Below are positions 8,534 to 16,349 of a DNA stretch of 49,589 nucleotides, one piece after another. The stretch covers positions 1-49,589 of the forward strand of contig JACDBQ010000046.1 in assembly GCA_013694845.1 (NCBI GenBank). Direction: 5' to 3'. Both the position numbers and the translations under genes were made by a program. Below the pieces are notes generated by a model, which was not told the DNA's origin, ran no database searches, and saw only the letters and a program-made list of their open reading frames with translations. This DNA comes from Acidobacteriota bacterium. GTDB taxonomy: Bacteria > Acidobacteriota > Vicinamibacteria > Vicinamibacterales > 2-12-FULL-66-21. The stretch's first letter is position 1; each line of letters begins with the position of its first letter.

Positions 8534-9912
8534 AGGATGTACCGCGACAGGTCTTCGTTCTTCGCGATTTCAGCGAGCGCCCCATCCACATACGCTTCGT
8601 CGATGGTGACCTCCTTGCGTTCGAGGTCGGGCGCCTCGAACGAGATCTCGTCCAGCAGCTTCTCCATCACGGTGTGGAGGCGGCGCGCGCCGATGTTCTC
8701 GGTCCGATCGTTGACCAGCATGGCGAAGTCGGCAATCCGCTGAATCGCTCCTTCGGTGAAGCGCAGCGTCACCCCCTCGGTCGACAGGAGCGCCATGTAC
8801 TGCTTGATCAGCGCGCTCCTGGGCTCGGTGAGGATCCGGACGAAATCCTCGCGGCTGAGCGCTTCGAGCTCGACCCGGATGGGGAAACGCCCCTGCAGCT
8901 CCGGGATCAGATCCGAGGGCTTCGACACGTGGAATGCTCCGGCCGCGATGAACAGGATGTGATCGGTCTTCACCATCCCGTACTTGGTGTTCACCGTGGT
9001 CCCCTCGATGATAGGCAGGATGTCGCGCTGAACGCCCTCGCGGCTCACGTCGGGGCCGTGCCCGCCTTCGCGCCCCGCCACCTTGTCGATCTCGTCGACG
9101 AAGATGATCCCGGCTTCCTGCACCCGCTCGACCGCGGCGCGGGCGACGGTATCCATGTCGATCAGCTTCTGCTCTTCTTCCTGGGCCAGCGCCTCGAGCG
9201 CCTCCGGCACGCGCAGACGGCGCTTTCTCGTGCGGCCGCCGAAGAGACCCGGCAACATGTCCTTCACGTTGATGTCGACTTCCTCCACGTTCGACCCGGC
9301 GATGATCTCGAACGAGGGGAACGATTTTTCGCGCACGTCGATCTCGACGTGCTTGTGATCCAGCCGGCCTTCTCGTAATTGCTCGCGCAGTTTCTCGCGC
9401 GTGCGCTGGCCCTGGTCGCGCAGCGATGACGCGGTCTCGTCGTGGTCCGGCGACGAGGGCAGCGGGGGCAGGAGCAGGTCGAGCACGCGCTCTTCAGCCG
9501 ACTGGCGCGCCTTCTCGTGGACCTCGGCGCGACGCTCGTCGCGGACCATGTCGACCGCCAGCTCCACCAGGTCCCGCACCATCGACTCCACGTCGCGACC
9601 GACGTAGCCGACCTCGGTGAACTTGGAGGCCTCCACCTTGATGAAAGGCGACTGCGCGAGCTTGGCCAGGCGTCTCGCGATTTCGGTCTTGCCGACACCG
9701 GTCGGACCGATCATCAGGATGTTCTTCGGTGCGACGTCCTCGGCGAGCTCCGGCGGGAGCTTCTGGCGGCGCGAGCGGTTTCTCAACGCAATCGCGACCG
9801 CGCGCTTGGCCTGGGTCTGGCCGACCACGTGCTTGTCGAGCTCGGCAACGATCTGGCGCGGCGTCAGCGCCTCGATGGTGCTGGTGGTATGGGCGGGAAG
9901 AATGATGGCCAT
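8530..9912 (-). CDS. hslU: ATP-dependent protease ATPase subunit HslU
   Basis: 460 aa. [31 protein letters not shown], Walker [26 protein letters not shown]. Confidence 0.95.
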   Translation of the reverse strand: MAIILPAHTTSTIEALTPRQIVAELDKHVVGQTQAKRAVAIALRNRSRRQKLPPELAEDVAPKNILMIGPTGVGKTEIARRLAKLAQSPFIKVEASKFTEVGYVGRDVESMVRDLVELAVDMVRDERRAEVHEKARQSAEERVLDLLLPPLPSSPDHDETASSLRDQGQRTREKLREQLREGRLDHKHVEIDVREKSFPSFEIIAGSNVEEVDINVKDMLPGLFGGRTRKRRLRVPEALEALAQEEEQKLIDMDTVARAAVERVQEAGIIFVDEIDKVAGREGGHGPDVSREGVQRDILPIIEGTTVNTKYGMVKTDHILFIAAGAFHVSKPSDLIPELQGRFPIRVELEALSREDFVRILTEPRSALIKQYMALLSTEGVTLRFTEGAIQRIADFAMLVNDRTENIGARRLHTVMEKLLDEISFEAPDLERKEVTIDEAYVDGALAEIAKNEDLSRYIL

Positions 9913-9917
9913 CCGGA

Positions 9918-10448
9918 TTACAACGCTTCGATCGTGATGTTGTCGTTGGTGTAGATGCAGATCTCGCTGGCGATACGCATCGACTGTTCGGCGATCGCAC
10001 GGGCGTCGAGTGCCGTGTGCTGCGCGAGCGCCTTGGCTGCCGCCATCGCGAACGGGCCGCCGGAGCCGATCGCGATGATCCCGTCATCAGGCTCGATCAG
10101 GTCGCCGGTGCCCGAAAGCAGGTAGGTCGCCTTGGCGTCCATGACCACCAGCATCGCTTCGAGACGGCGGAGCGCCCGGTCCGTCCGCCAGTCTTTGGCA
10201 AGCTCGACCGCCGAGCGCTCGAGATTGCCGCGGTACTGCTCCAGCTTCGCTTCGAACCGGGCGAACAGGGCGAACGAGTCGGCTGCCGATCCGGCGAAGC
10301 CGGCGAGCACGCGATCGTTGTAGAGGCGCCGGATCTTCCGGGCGGCCTGCTTGACCACGGTGTTCCCAAACGTAACCTGCCCGTCACTGGCCATGACCGC
10401 ACTATCCAGGTGTCGGACGGCCAAGACTGTCGTTGCGTGAATCATCAA
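9918..10448 (-). CDS. hslV: ATP-dependent protease subunit HslV (CodW/ClpQ-like N-terminus)
   Basis: 176 aa. [13 protein letters not shown]...GDGQVTFGN-like, [17 protein letters not shown]. Strongly resembles Bacillus CodW, including a short extension before the TT dipeptide. Confidence 0.93.
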   Translation of the reverse strand: MMIHATTVLAVRHLDSAVMASDGQVTFGNTVVKQAARKIRRLYNDRVLAGFAGSAADSFALFARFEAKLEQYRGNLERSAVELAKDWRTDRALRRLEAMLVVMDAKATYLLSGTGDLIEPDDGIIAIGSGGPFAMAAAKALAQHTALDARAIAEQSMRIASEICIYTNDNITIEAL

Positions 10449-10622
10449 GAATCGGGCTCGTGAGGTGCTCTCGCGAGTCTACCAGAGCGTGGGCGGGCCC
10501 ACCGGCTGCCGAACCGCCCCTTCCGGACCACCACCGCCCTCGCGTGATTGTCCGCCGGTCCGGACGGCGCTGCCCCCAACCCAGGACACGTCCGCCCGGA
10601 CCTTGCCCTGTTTCCTTAGGAT

Positions 10623-10639
10623 ATTGAGAAGTTCTCAAT
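10623..10639. promoter_or_regulatory. perfect 17-bp palindrome ATTGAGAA-G-TTCTCAAT (candidate operator)
   Basis: 8-bp arms around one central G, AT-rich within a GC-rich gap. It abuts the -24 element of the sigma54-type promoter. Confidence 0.5.
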
Positions 10640-10655
10640 GGCAGGGCTGTTGCTT
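10639..10655 (+). promoter_or_regulatory. sigma54-type promoter (TGGCA-N6-TTGCT)
   Basis: TGGCAGGGCTGTTGCTT. GG at 10640-41 and GC at 10652-53 are separated by exactly 10 nt. Lies about 40 nt upstream of ATG 10696, which is preceded by an AGGAG Shine-Dalgarno sequence. Confidence 0.55.
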
Positions 10656-10695
10656 TTGACGGAAGTGCAGGTTTCGGTCACGATACAGGAGCGTT

Positions 10696-11655
10696 ATGAC
10701 TCGCCGAACTTTGACGTCGATTTTCACCGCCGCCACCCTGACGCTTGCGCTGCCCCTTGCAGCTCAGGACAGCAAGGGTAACCAAGGGCAGGCCCGTCCC
10801 AATCCCAGCGGCGGCAGCAGCGGCTCGGCAGTGTCACGGCCATCGGGCGGCTCGGGCGGATCCAACGGCGGCGGCAGTTCCTCGTCGAGCGCCCCGTCGG
10901 GCGGTTCATCCGCGTCGCGCCCGAGCGGCGGCAGCGACGATGGCGGCGCCAGAGCGGTGCCCGCCCGTCCCGAGCGACGCAACGAGGACCGCGACACACC
11001 GCGTGGCTCGAATGCCGACCAACGCCGTGTCGCTCCCGCCGGTTCCAGCGCATCGTCGGGCGGTCAGGACGACGGGGATCGCCGCCGAGCCGTGCCGACC
11101 TACAGCCGCCCGCGCGACGGCAGGACGCCGATCGGCACGGCGGTTGATCGCGTCGGACGTCCACCGGACCGCGGCCGCAACGGCGGCTACGGAAGCGGCT
11201 ATTACTATGATCCGTACTCCCGATACAGCTACTACTACAACCGCTATCCGTACGGGTACTACCAGCCCGGATACGGCCTCGGCGTCGGGTACTTCTACGA
11301 CCCGTGGATGTGGGGATACGGTTCGCCGTACGCTTACGGCGGCTCCTACGATCCATACGGGGGCTACGGAGCCTACGGCGGCGGCGGCGGCGGCGGTGGC
11401 GGATATAGCCGCAGACAGTATCGTGATGCCGGTTCGTTGCGGTTGAAGGTGAAGCCCGAGCACGGCCAGGTCTATGTGGACGGCTACTACGTCGGTGAGG
11501 TCGACAGCTTCGACGGCGTGTTCCAGCGGATGCCGATCGAAGCCGGGACGCACCGCATCGAGATCCGCGCCGAAGGCTACGAGCCCGCACAGTTCGAAGT
11601 GATGGTCGTCCCGGGGGAGACGGTCACCTACAGAGGCGAGCTGAAGCGACGGTGA
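10696..11655 (+). CDS. secreted low-complexity (Ser/Gly then Tyr/Gly-rich) protein with C-terminal PEGA domain
   Basis: 319 aa. Signal peptide MTRRTLTSIFTAATLTLALPLAAQ. SRPSGGS-type repeats. A Y/G block (GYGSGYYYDPYSRYSYYYNRYPYGYYQPGYG...G9). The C-terminus is PEGA-like: LRLKVKPEHGQVYVDGYYVG...IEAGTHRIEIRAEGYEP...VVPGETV. Confidence 0.85.
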   Translation: MTRRTLTSIFTAATLTLALPLAAQDSKGNQGQARPNPSGGSSGSAVSRPSGGSGGSNGGGSSSSSAPSGGSSASRPSGGSDDGGARAVPARPERRNEDRDTPRGSNADQRRVAPAGSSASSGGQDDGDRRRAVPTYSRPRDGRTPIGTAVDRVGRPPDRGRNGGYGSGYYYDPYSRYSYYYNRYPYGYYQPGYGLGVGYFYDPWMWGYGSPYAYGGSYDPYGGYGAYGGGGGGGGGYSRRQYRDAGSLRLKVKPEHGQVYVDGYYVGEVDSFDGVFQRMPIEAGTHRIEIRAEGYEPAQFEVMVVPGETVTYRGELKRR

Positions 11656-11666
11656 TTCACGGATCA

Positions 11667-11698
11667 GGGACAGTCCCCTTCTCGAAGGTGGCTGTCCC
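11667..11698 (+). terminator. stem-loop after the PEGA gene (GGGACAG...CTGTCCC with inner CCTTC-TC-GAAGG)
   Basis: 7-bp outer stem at 11667-73 / 11692-98 plus a nested 5-bp stem. No U-tract. Preceded by a single GATCAGG word at 11662. Confidence 0.35.
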
Positions 11699-11724
11699 CG
11701 CTCCGCAAGGTATCCTTCTGAAAG

Positions 11725-12117
11725 GTGCCTGTCCCCGACCGAATCGTTTCGTCCGTCGCAGCCATCTCGGGCCTCTACGACTCTGTCGTAGGGGCCCTTT
11801 TGCTTTTCGCTCCCGGAATGCTGGCCTCGGTGTTCGGCGTGCCGCCGGCCAGCCCGCGGATCTTCTCTGATCTGAACGCGCTGTTTCTTCTCGCTGTGGG
11901 AGCGGGTTATTACCTGCCGTGGCGCGAACCGACGCGGTATCTGGGATACATGTGGGTGATGGGACCGCTGCTGAAAGGCGGTGGGGCGGTGCTGTTCCTG
12001 CTCGACTATGTGTATCGCGGCTCGCCGGCGTCGTTTCTGTTGTTCGCCGCGAGCGACGGCGCGCTCGCGCTGCTGACGCTCTACGCGTTGCTCGCGCCGG
12101 ACCGCAGGACGAAGTAG
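11725..12117 (+). CDS. small integral membrane protein (about 4 TM segments)
   Basis: 130 aa, GTG start, hydrophobic segments throughout (AISGLYDSVVGALLLFAPGMLASVF, LNALFLLAVGAGYYL, GGGAVLFLLDYV, ALALLTLYALLA). Confidence 0.65.
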   Translation: MPVPDRIVSSVAAISGLYDSVVGALLLFAPGMLASVFGVPPASPRIFSDLNALFLLAVGAGYYLPWREPTRYLGYMWVMGPLLKGGGAVLFLLDYVYRGSPASFLLFAASDGALALLTLYALLAPDRRTK

Positions 12118-13508
12118 ACGGGCAGCCCCGCCGCGATCACGATCAGACCGGCTGCCGCCGGCCCCCACGAGTCTCCTGAAGCGATCGGCCTGAGCAGATC
12201 CGTCCACAGCGCATTGGCCACGATGAGCGCGCTCGCGATCGTAAAGATCGCCGGCGCCACCGGATATCCCCAGGCTCGGAACGGACGCGGGGCGTCCGGC
12301 TCGCGTCGCCGCAGCACGAACAACGTCGACACCGCGATCCCGGCAAAGAGCACCACCGCAAAGCCGGTGTACGTGGTCAGCGTTTTCGCGCTGCCGGACA
12401 GCACCAGGAGGCCGCTCCAGACCGCCTGCGCCACGATGGCGACCACCGGGGTCCGGTACTTGTGATGGATGTGGGCCGCTGGTTTCACGAACAGTCCGTC
12501 GCGCGCCATCGCGTAGTAGACACGCGGACCGGCGAACACCATCGCCGAAATGCTGGCCGCGATGCTGATGATGGAGACGATGCCCATGATGTCGCCCGCG
12601 CGGGTGCCGAGCAGGCGATCCGCGATCACATCGAGCACGCTGCCCTTCACCCGGGCGAGCTCGCCGACGGGCAGCACATACAGGTACAGAAGGTTCAGGA
12701 GCACGTAGATGACAATCACCGCGGCGGTGCCGAGCCCCAGCGCGAGCGGCACGTTGCGGCCCGGGTTCTTGATTTCTTCAGCGACGTACGACGCGGCGTT
12801 CCAACCTGAGTAGGTGAACATCACCGGGATCAGCGCAAGCAGCCACGCGGCGGCGGGCACCGCGCCGGCGCTCTGCTGGAGATTGGATGATGAGCCGGCG
12901 CCGATCGATAACCCGAGCGCAATGAAGATGAGAAGCGCCGAGACCTTGAGGCTCGCCAGCACGTTCCCCACAAACCGTCCCGGCCCGACCCCGCGAAGGT
13001 GGATCCACGACATCAACGCGATCGCCGACAAAGCCACGAGCGATTGCCGTGACACCACCAGCGGCACGTAGGGCAGCGGCACGGTCAGGATCGCGGTCGT
13101 ATCGGCCGCCGCCGGAACGAAGCGGCCGACGTAGAACGCGAGGACCACGGCGCTGGCGGCGATCGCTCCGGAAAATCCGGCCACGAAGGAGGTCCACCCG
13201 GTGAGGAACGCCATGAGGCGCCCGTAGGCGGCGCGAAGATAGACGTACTCGCCACCGGCCCGCGGCCGAAGCGCCGCCAGCTCGGCGTAGGCCATGGCCC
13301 CGGTAAACGCAAGCACACCGCCCGCGACCCAGACGCCAAGAAAGAGCCACGGATGCGGTACAGCGGCGGCCACCTGGGGTGGGGTGAAGAGAATCCCGCC
13401 CCCGATCACGTTGGACACGATAATCGCGGCGGCATCGAGCGGACCAAGCCGGCGCTCCAGCACAGAGCCTGCGGTCGTGGCGGGCGAAGCGGAGGCGGGA
13501 GGCGGCAA
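12081..13508 (-). CDS. APC-family amino acid permease
   Basis: 475 aa, about 12 hydrophobic segments. N-terminal IVSNVIGGGILFTP motif typical of APC transporters. Confidence 0.88.
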   Translation of the reverse strand: MPPPASASPATTAGSVLERRLGPLDAAAIIVSNVIGGGILFTPPQVAAAVPHPWLFLGVWVAGGVLAFTGAMAYAELAALRPRAGGEYVYLRAAYGRLMAFLTGWTSFVAGFSGAIAASAVVLAFYVGRFVPAAADTTAILTVPLPYVPLVVSRQSLVALSAIALMSWIHLRGVGPGRFVGNVLASLKVSALLIFIALGLSIGAGSSSNLQQSAGAVPAAAWLLALIPVMFTYSGWNAASYVAEEIKNPGRNVPLALGLGTAAVIVIYVLLNLLYLYVLPVGELARVKGSVLDVIADRLLGTRAGDIMGIVSIISIAASISAMVFAGPRVYYAMARDGLFVKPAAHIHHKYRTPVVAIVAQAVWSGLLVLSGSAKTLTTYTGFAVVLFAGIAVSTLFVLRRREPDAPRPFRAWGYPVAPAIFTIASALIVANALWTDLLRPIASGDSWGPAAAGLIVIAAGLPVYFVLRSGASNA

Positions 13509-13521
13509 GGGAGAGCGGCGT

Positions 13522-14016
13522 CTACTGGGTCAGAAGCTTGCGCTCGAGCCGAACGCGGTGCAGCTCCACCCACTGAGCGGCAGGCTGACGAACGAGGATG
13601 ACCGCGTCCACGTCACGGAAGAAGCTGTTCTGGAGCATGTCGAGCCGTGTTTGCGGCGGGTCTCCTTTGAAGCCGACGGTCGAGCGGATGGTGATCAGTT
13701 CGGTTTGTTTGTTGTCGAACCGCACACGCTGCTTGAAGACCTCGTCGTGGACGTCGCCGTTGTCGGCGAACTTGAAGACCACGTTGAGTGAGATGGCCGA
13801 GAGGTCCTGGTCCGATGTGTTGCGCAGGCGGAACGAGAAATTCGGGACGAGTTTGTTCTTGCCGTCCTGGATGCCCGCGTCGAACCACCCGGTACCGACG
13901 TCGGTGACCTGCAGCGCCTGTTTGACGTCGACGGTGCCGGCGCACGAACCCGCGGAGAGCAGCGCGGCCAACAGCCCGAAGCGGGCAGCCTGGATCTTCA
14001 GGCGTCCGTGCGACAT
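13522..14016 (-). CDS. lipoprotein of unknown function
   Basis: 164 aa. Signal peptide plus lipobox (LLSAGSC). Beta-rich, ordinary amino-acid composition. Co-oriented and tightly spaced within the ECF sigma operon. Confidence 0.75.
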   Translation of the reverse strand: MSHGRLKIQAARFGLLAALLSAGSCAGTVDVKQALQVTDVGTGWFDAGIQDGKNKLVPNFSFRLRNTSDQDLSAISLNVVFKFADNGDVHDEVFKQRVRFDNKQTELITIRSTVGFKGDPPQTRLDMLQNSFFRDVDAVILVRQPAAQWVELHRVRLERKLLTQ

Positions 14017-14039
14017 GCTGGCGATTGTAGCCCAGCCCT

Positions 14040-14807
14040 TCAGAAAGCGCGTACCAGGATGCGCCGGCGGACCTCGTCACGGGTGATCCGGCCGGCAGCG
14101 AAATCGGTGAGGTCGGAGCCCTTGATCCGCAAGGTCATCGTGCTCGGTTGACCGACCTGACCCGGTGATTCAGAGCCGTCCCGCGCCGAGACAATCAACC
14201 ACTCATCCGAACGTAACGCGAGCGAATTGCTGTGCTCGAGCATGGCGTAGACGAGTTGTTCCTTGACTGACTGGACGTAATGGGCGTCCGGATTGATGAT
14301 CGCCTCGGCAGCCGGCGACGGCGATGAACCCGTAAGCGCGGTCGGTTGTGCCGGGGAGGTATTGGGCCGGCCGACACGATCGCGCCCGATCGTTTCAAGC
14401 AGCGACGCGACGCTCGGAATCACGCTCGGAATCTCGACCTGGAAGAACACTCCGTAGTCTTCGAGATAGGTGCCGTGCGCCTTGACCGGGGAAGTGCTGA
14501 ACATCGCAATCCCCGGCTGAATACGCTGGATCTCACCCGCGGTCAGCTGAGCGGCATAAGCAACCGCCTTCATCAGGGCGCCTTCGATGAAGAAAATCGC
14601 CTGCCGGCGCTGCCGGACCTCCTCCTCTGTGAGCGGCCCGCGCGCGGGCCTGGACGGCGCGACGGCGGGCAGTGGCGTGGAAGGCGTTACCGGCGCCTGA
14701 GATGTTGACGTCGGCGTCGGGGCTGACGCCGGTGGTTCCTGCGCCGCGATGGGTGCGGCACCCGCCGCCAGGACGCCCGCGATGATCAAGCCGTGTGTGA
14801 GCTGCAT
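14040..14807 (-). CDS. secreted protein of unknown function
   Basis: 255 aa. Signal peptide (IIAGVLAAGAAPIAAQ), a Pro/Thr/Ser linker, then a globular part. Its start overlaps the anti-sigma stop (TAATG). Confidence 0.75.
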   Translation of the reverse strand: MQLTHGLIIAGVLAAGAAPIAAQEPPASAPTPTSTSQAPVTPSTPLPAVAPSRPARGPLTEEEVRQRRQAIFFIEGALMKAVAYAAQLTAGEIQRIQPGIAMFSTSPVKAHGTYLEDYGVFFQVEIPSVIPSVASLLETIGRDRVGRPNTSPAQPTALTGSSPSPAAEAIINPDAHYVQSVKEQLVYAMLEHSNSLALRSDEWLIVSARDGSESPGQVGQPSTMTLRIKGSDLTDFAAGRITRDEVRRRILVRAF

Positions 14808-15607
14808 TACTTCTCCTGCCGTGACGACGCGGCGCGAACCAGCTGATTCAGCATGTCGCGGTTCTGCGCGATTTCTGTGTTCGTGAGTCCCTGGTATTGG
14901 CCGATCCCCTGCTGAATGAGCGCGACGTCTGTACGCCGCTGCCGCTCGAAGTCACGCACGACGTCGAGCATGCGGCGCGCCACCGCGGTTTCCTGCCGCG
15001 CCTCGGCGTCGCCCACGATCTGGCGCACGCGACGAAGGATCTCGGCGTCCGACATCCGCGAAGTGGACGCCGCTTGAAGCGTGGCGGCCGGCGGCGCTTC
15101 ACCCAAAGCGAACTCGATCTCACTTAGGCGGCGCTCCAGTACGGCAAAGTCGCCTGACCTGCTCGCCTCGACCATCCGTGGTGCGTCCGTCGATGCGCGT
15201 CCGGCAACCTGCGCGTCGGGCGGTGCACCGCTTCGAGCCCATCCGGTGCGCACCGTCACGCCGTCGGGCGCGTACCGCACTTCCACGTTCGCGATCGCCG
15301 CGGCCACCGCAAGGACGATCACCGCAGCCGCCGCAAACGCGAACGCTGGCACGAACCGGGACCGCTCCGGCAAGGCGGGAGCCGCTGGCGCGCCGCCGCG
15401 GGTCACGCGAAAGCTCAGTTCCGGCACCGGCGGCGCCCACAACGCCAGATGCGTCCGCGTCGCCTGCAGCTCCTCGATTTCGAGCCGGCAATCGGCGCAG
15501 ATCGCAAGATGCGCATCGAATTCTCGGCGTTCGCCGATGGCAAGCTCGTCGTAGAGATATCCGACGATCAGTTCCTTGCTGTCACACATCATTCGACCTT
15601 CTATCAC
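14807..15607 (-). CDS. anti-sigma factor, zf-HC2 type, single TM
   Basis: FDAHLAICADCRLEIEEL (H-x3-C-x2-C) followed by the TM segment FVPAFAFAAAAVIVLAVAAAIA. Directly downstream of an ECF sigma gene. Alternative start at MMCDS (15592). Confidence 0.85.
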   Translation of the reverse strand: MIEGRMMCDSKELIVGYLYDELAIGERREFDAHLAICADCRLEIEELQATRTHLALWAPPVPELSFRVTRGGAPAAPALPERSRFVPAFAFAAAAVIVLAVAAAIANVEVRYAPDGVTVRTGWARSGAPPDAQVAGRASTDAPRMVEASRSGDFAVLERRLSEIEFALGEAPPAATLQAASTSRMSDAEILRRVRQIVGDAEARQETAVARRMLDVVRDFERQRRTDVALIQQGIGQYQGLTNTEIAQNRDMLNQLVRAASSRQEK

Positions 15608-15627
15608 TGCGCGCGGGGCCCCACCCC
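15608..15627. repeat. 20-nt word TGCGCGCGGGGCCCCACCCC (copy 1; exact reverse-complement copy at 21752-21771)
   Basis: The exact 20/20 match in opposite orientation was verified base by base. Both copies are intergenic. Related GGGGCCC(C)CACCCC words occur at about 47591-47626. Confidence 0.85.
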
Positions 15628-15635
15628 AACAGTCG

Positions 15636-16220
15636 CTAGTGCTTCAACGCGTCTGCGCTCACGCCCGCCTGGTGCAGCTGCTTCCGCACGACGCTCAACC
15701 CCTGGTAGAGCCGAGTCTTTACAGTACTCAGCGGGCAATCCAGTAGTTCCGCAATCTCCTGGAACGTCAAGCCGTGGTATTCCTTCAAGATGATCGCGGT
15801 GCGCTGGTCTTCGGGCAGCATGGCCATCGCCTTGCTCACCGCCCTGCCGAGCTGCCGCCGGCCAACGAGTTCCTCCATCGACTCCGAGGGCGTGGCTTCG
15901 CCCGCAAGCTCGATGATGTCGATCCCCTCGGGCGCCTGCGACACGGGCGTCCGCTTCTCTCGCCGGATCCAGTCCCGACACAGGTTCAGGGTGATCCGGT
16001 AGAGCCAGGACGAGAACTTCGCCTGGCCTTTGAACCCATTGAGCGCGCGAAAGGCGCGGAGGAAGGCCTCCTGGGCGACGTCACGCGCGTCTTCTTCCCG
16101 GCCGAGGACCCGGTAAGCCAGGGCATAGATTGGCCGCTCCCAGCGTAAAACCAGCTGGTTGAAGCTATCGAGGTCACCTCCTTGTGAAAGGGTGACCAGC
16201 TCTTCATCTGACGACGCCAT
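15636..16220 (-). CDS. ECF-type RNA polymerase sigma-70 factor
   Basis: 194 aa. Region 2 (DVAQEAFLRAFRALNGFKGQAKFSSWLYRITLNLCRDWIRR) and region 4 (EDQRTAIILKEYHGLTFQEIAELLDCPLSTVKTRLYQG). Confidence 0.92.
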   Translation of the reverse strand: MASSDEELVTLSQGGDLDSFNQLVLRWERPIYALAYRVLGREEDARDVAQEAFLRAFRALNGFKGQAKFSSWLYRITLNLCRDWIRREKRTPVSQAPEGIDIIELAGEATPSESMEELVGRRQLGRAVSKAMAMLPEDQRTAIILKEYHGLTFQEIAELLDCPLSTVKTRLYQGLSVVRKQLHQAGVSADALKH

Positions 16221-16255
16221 GTCGTTGTCGTAGGTTTAGACGCCGCGCCCCGACG

Positions 16256-16308
16256 GTCAGTCGGAAGACTGTTGTCAGTCGGGTGACTGTTGTTAGTCGG
16301 GTGACTGG
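16256..16308. repeat. three tandem 18-bp units, each with an internal CAGTC-N4-GACTG palindrome
   Basis: GTCAGTCGGAAGACTGTT / GTCAGTCGGGTGACTGTT / GTTAGTCGGGTGACTGG. Located in the divergent gap between the ECF sigma gene (start 16220) and the GAF kinase gene (start 16350). Confidence 0.85.
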
Positions 16309-16349
16309 CCCTTTTCCCCGCAACATCTTAAAATGCGCCCACTTCCCCG

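Noticed and set aside
10906-12207. 433-aa minus-strand ORF across the PEGA and membrane-protein genes
   Set aside because: It is antisense to two better-supported genes, extremely Arg-rich, and has no signal or domain features.
16305-16321. TGGCCC-N-CGCA sigma54-like sequence upstream of the GAF kinase
   Set aside because: GG and GC are separated by 11 nt, not 10, and the -12 core is CGCA rather than TTGC.
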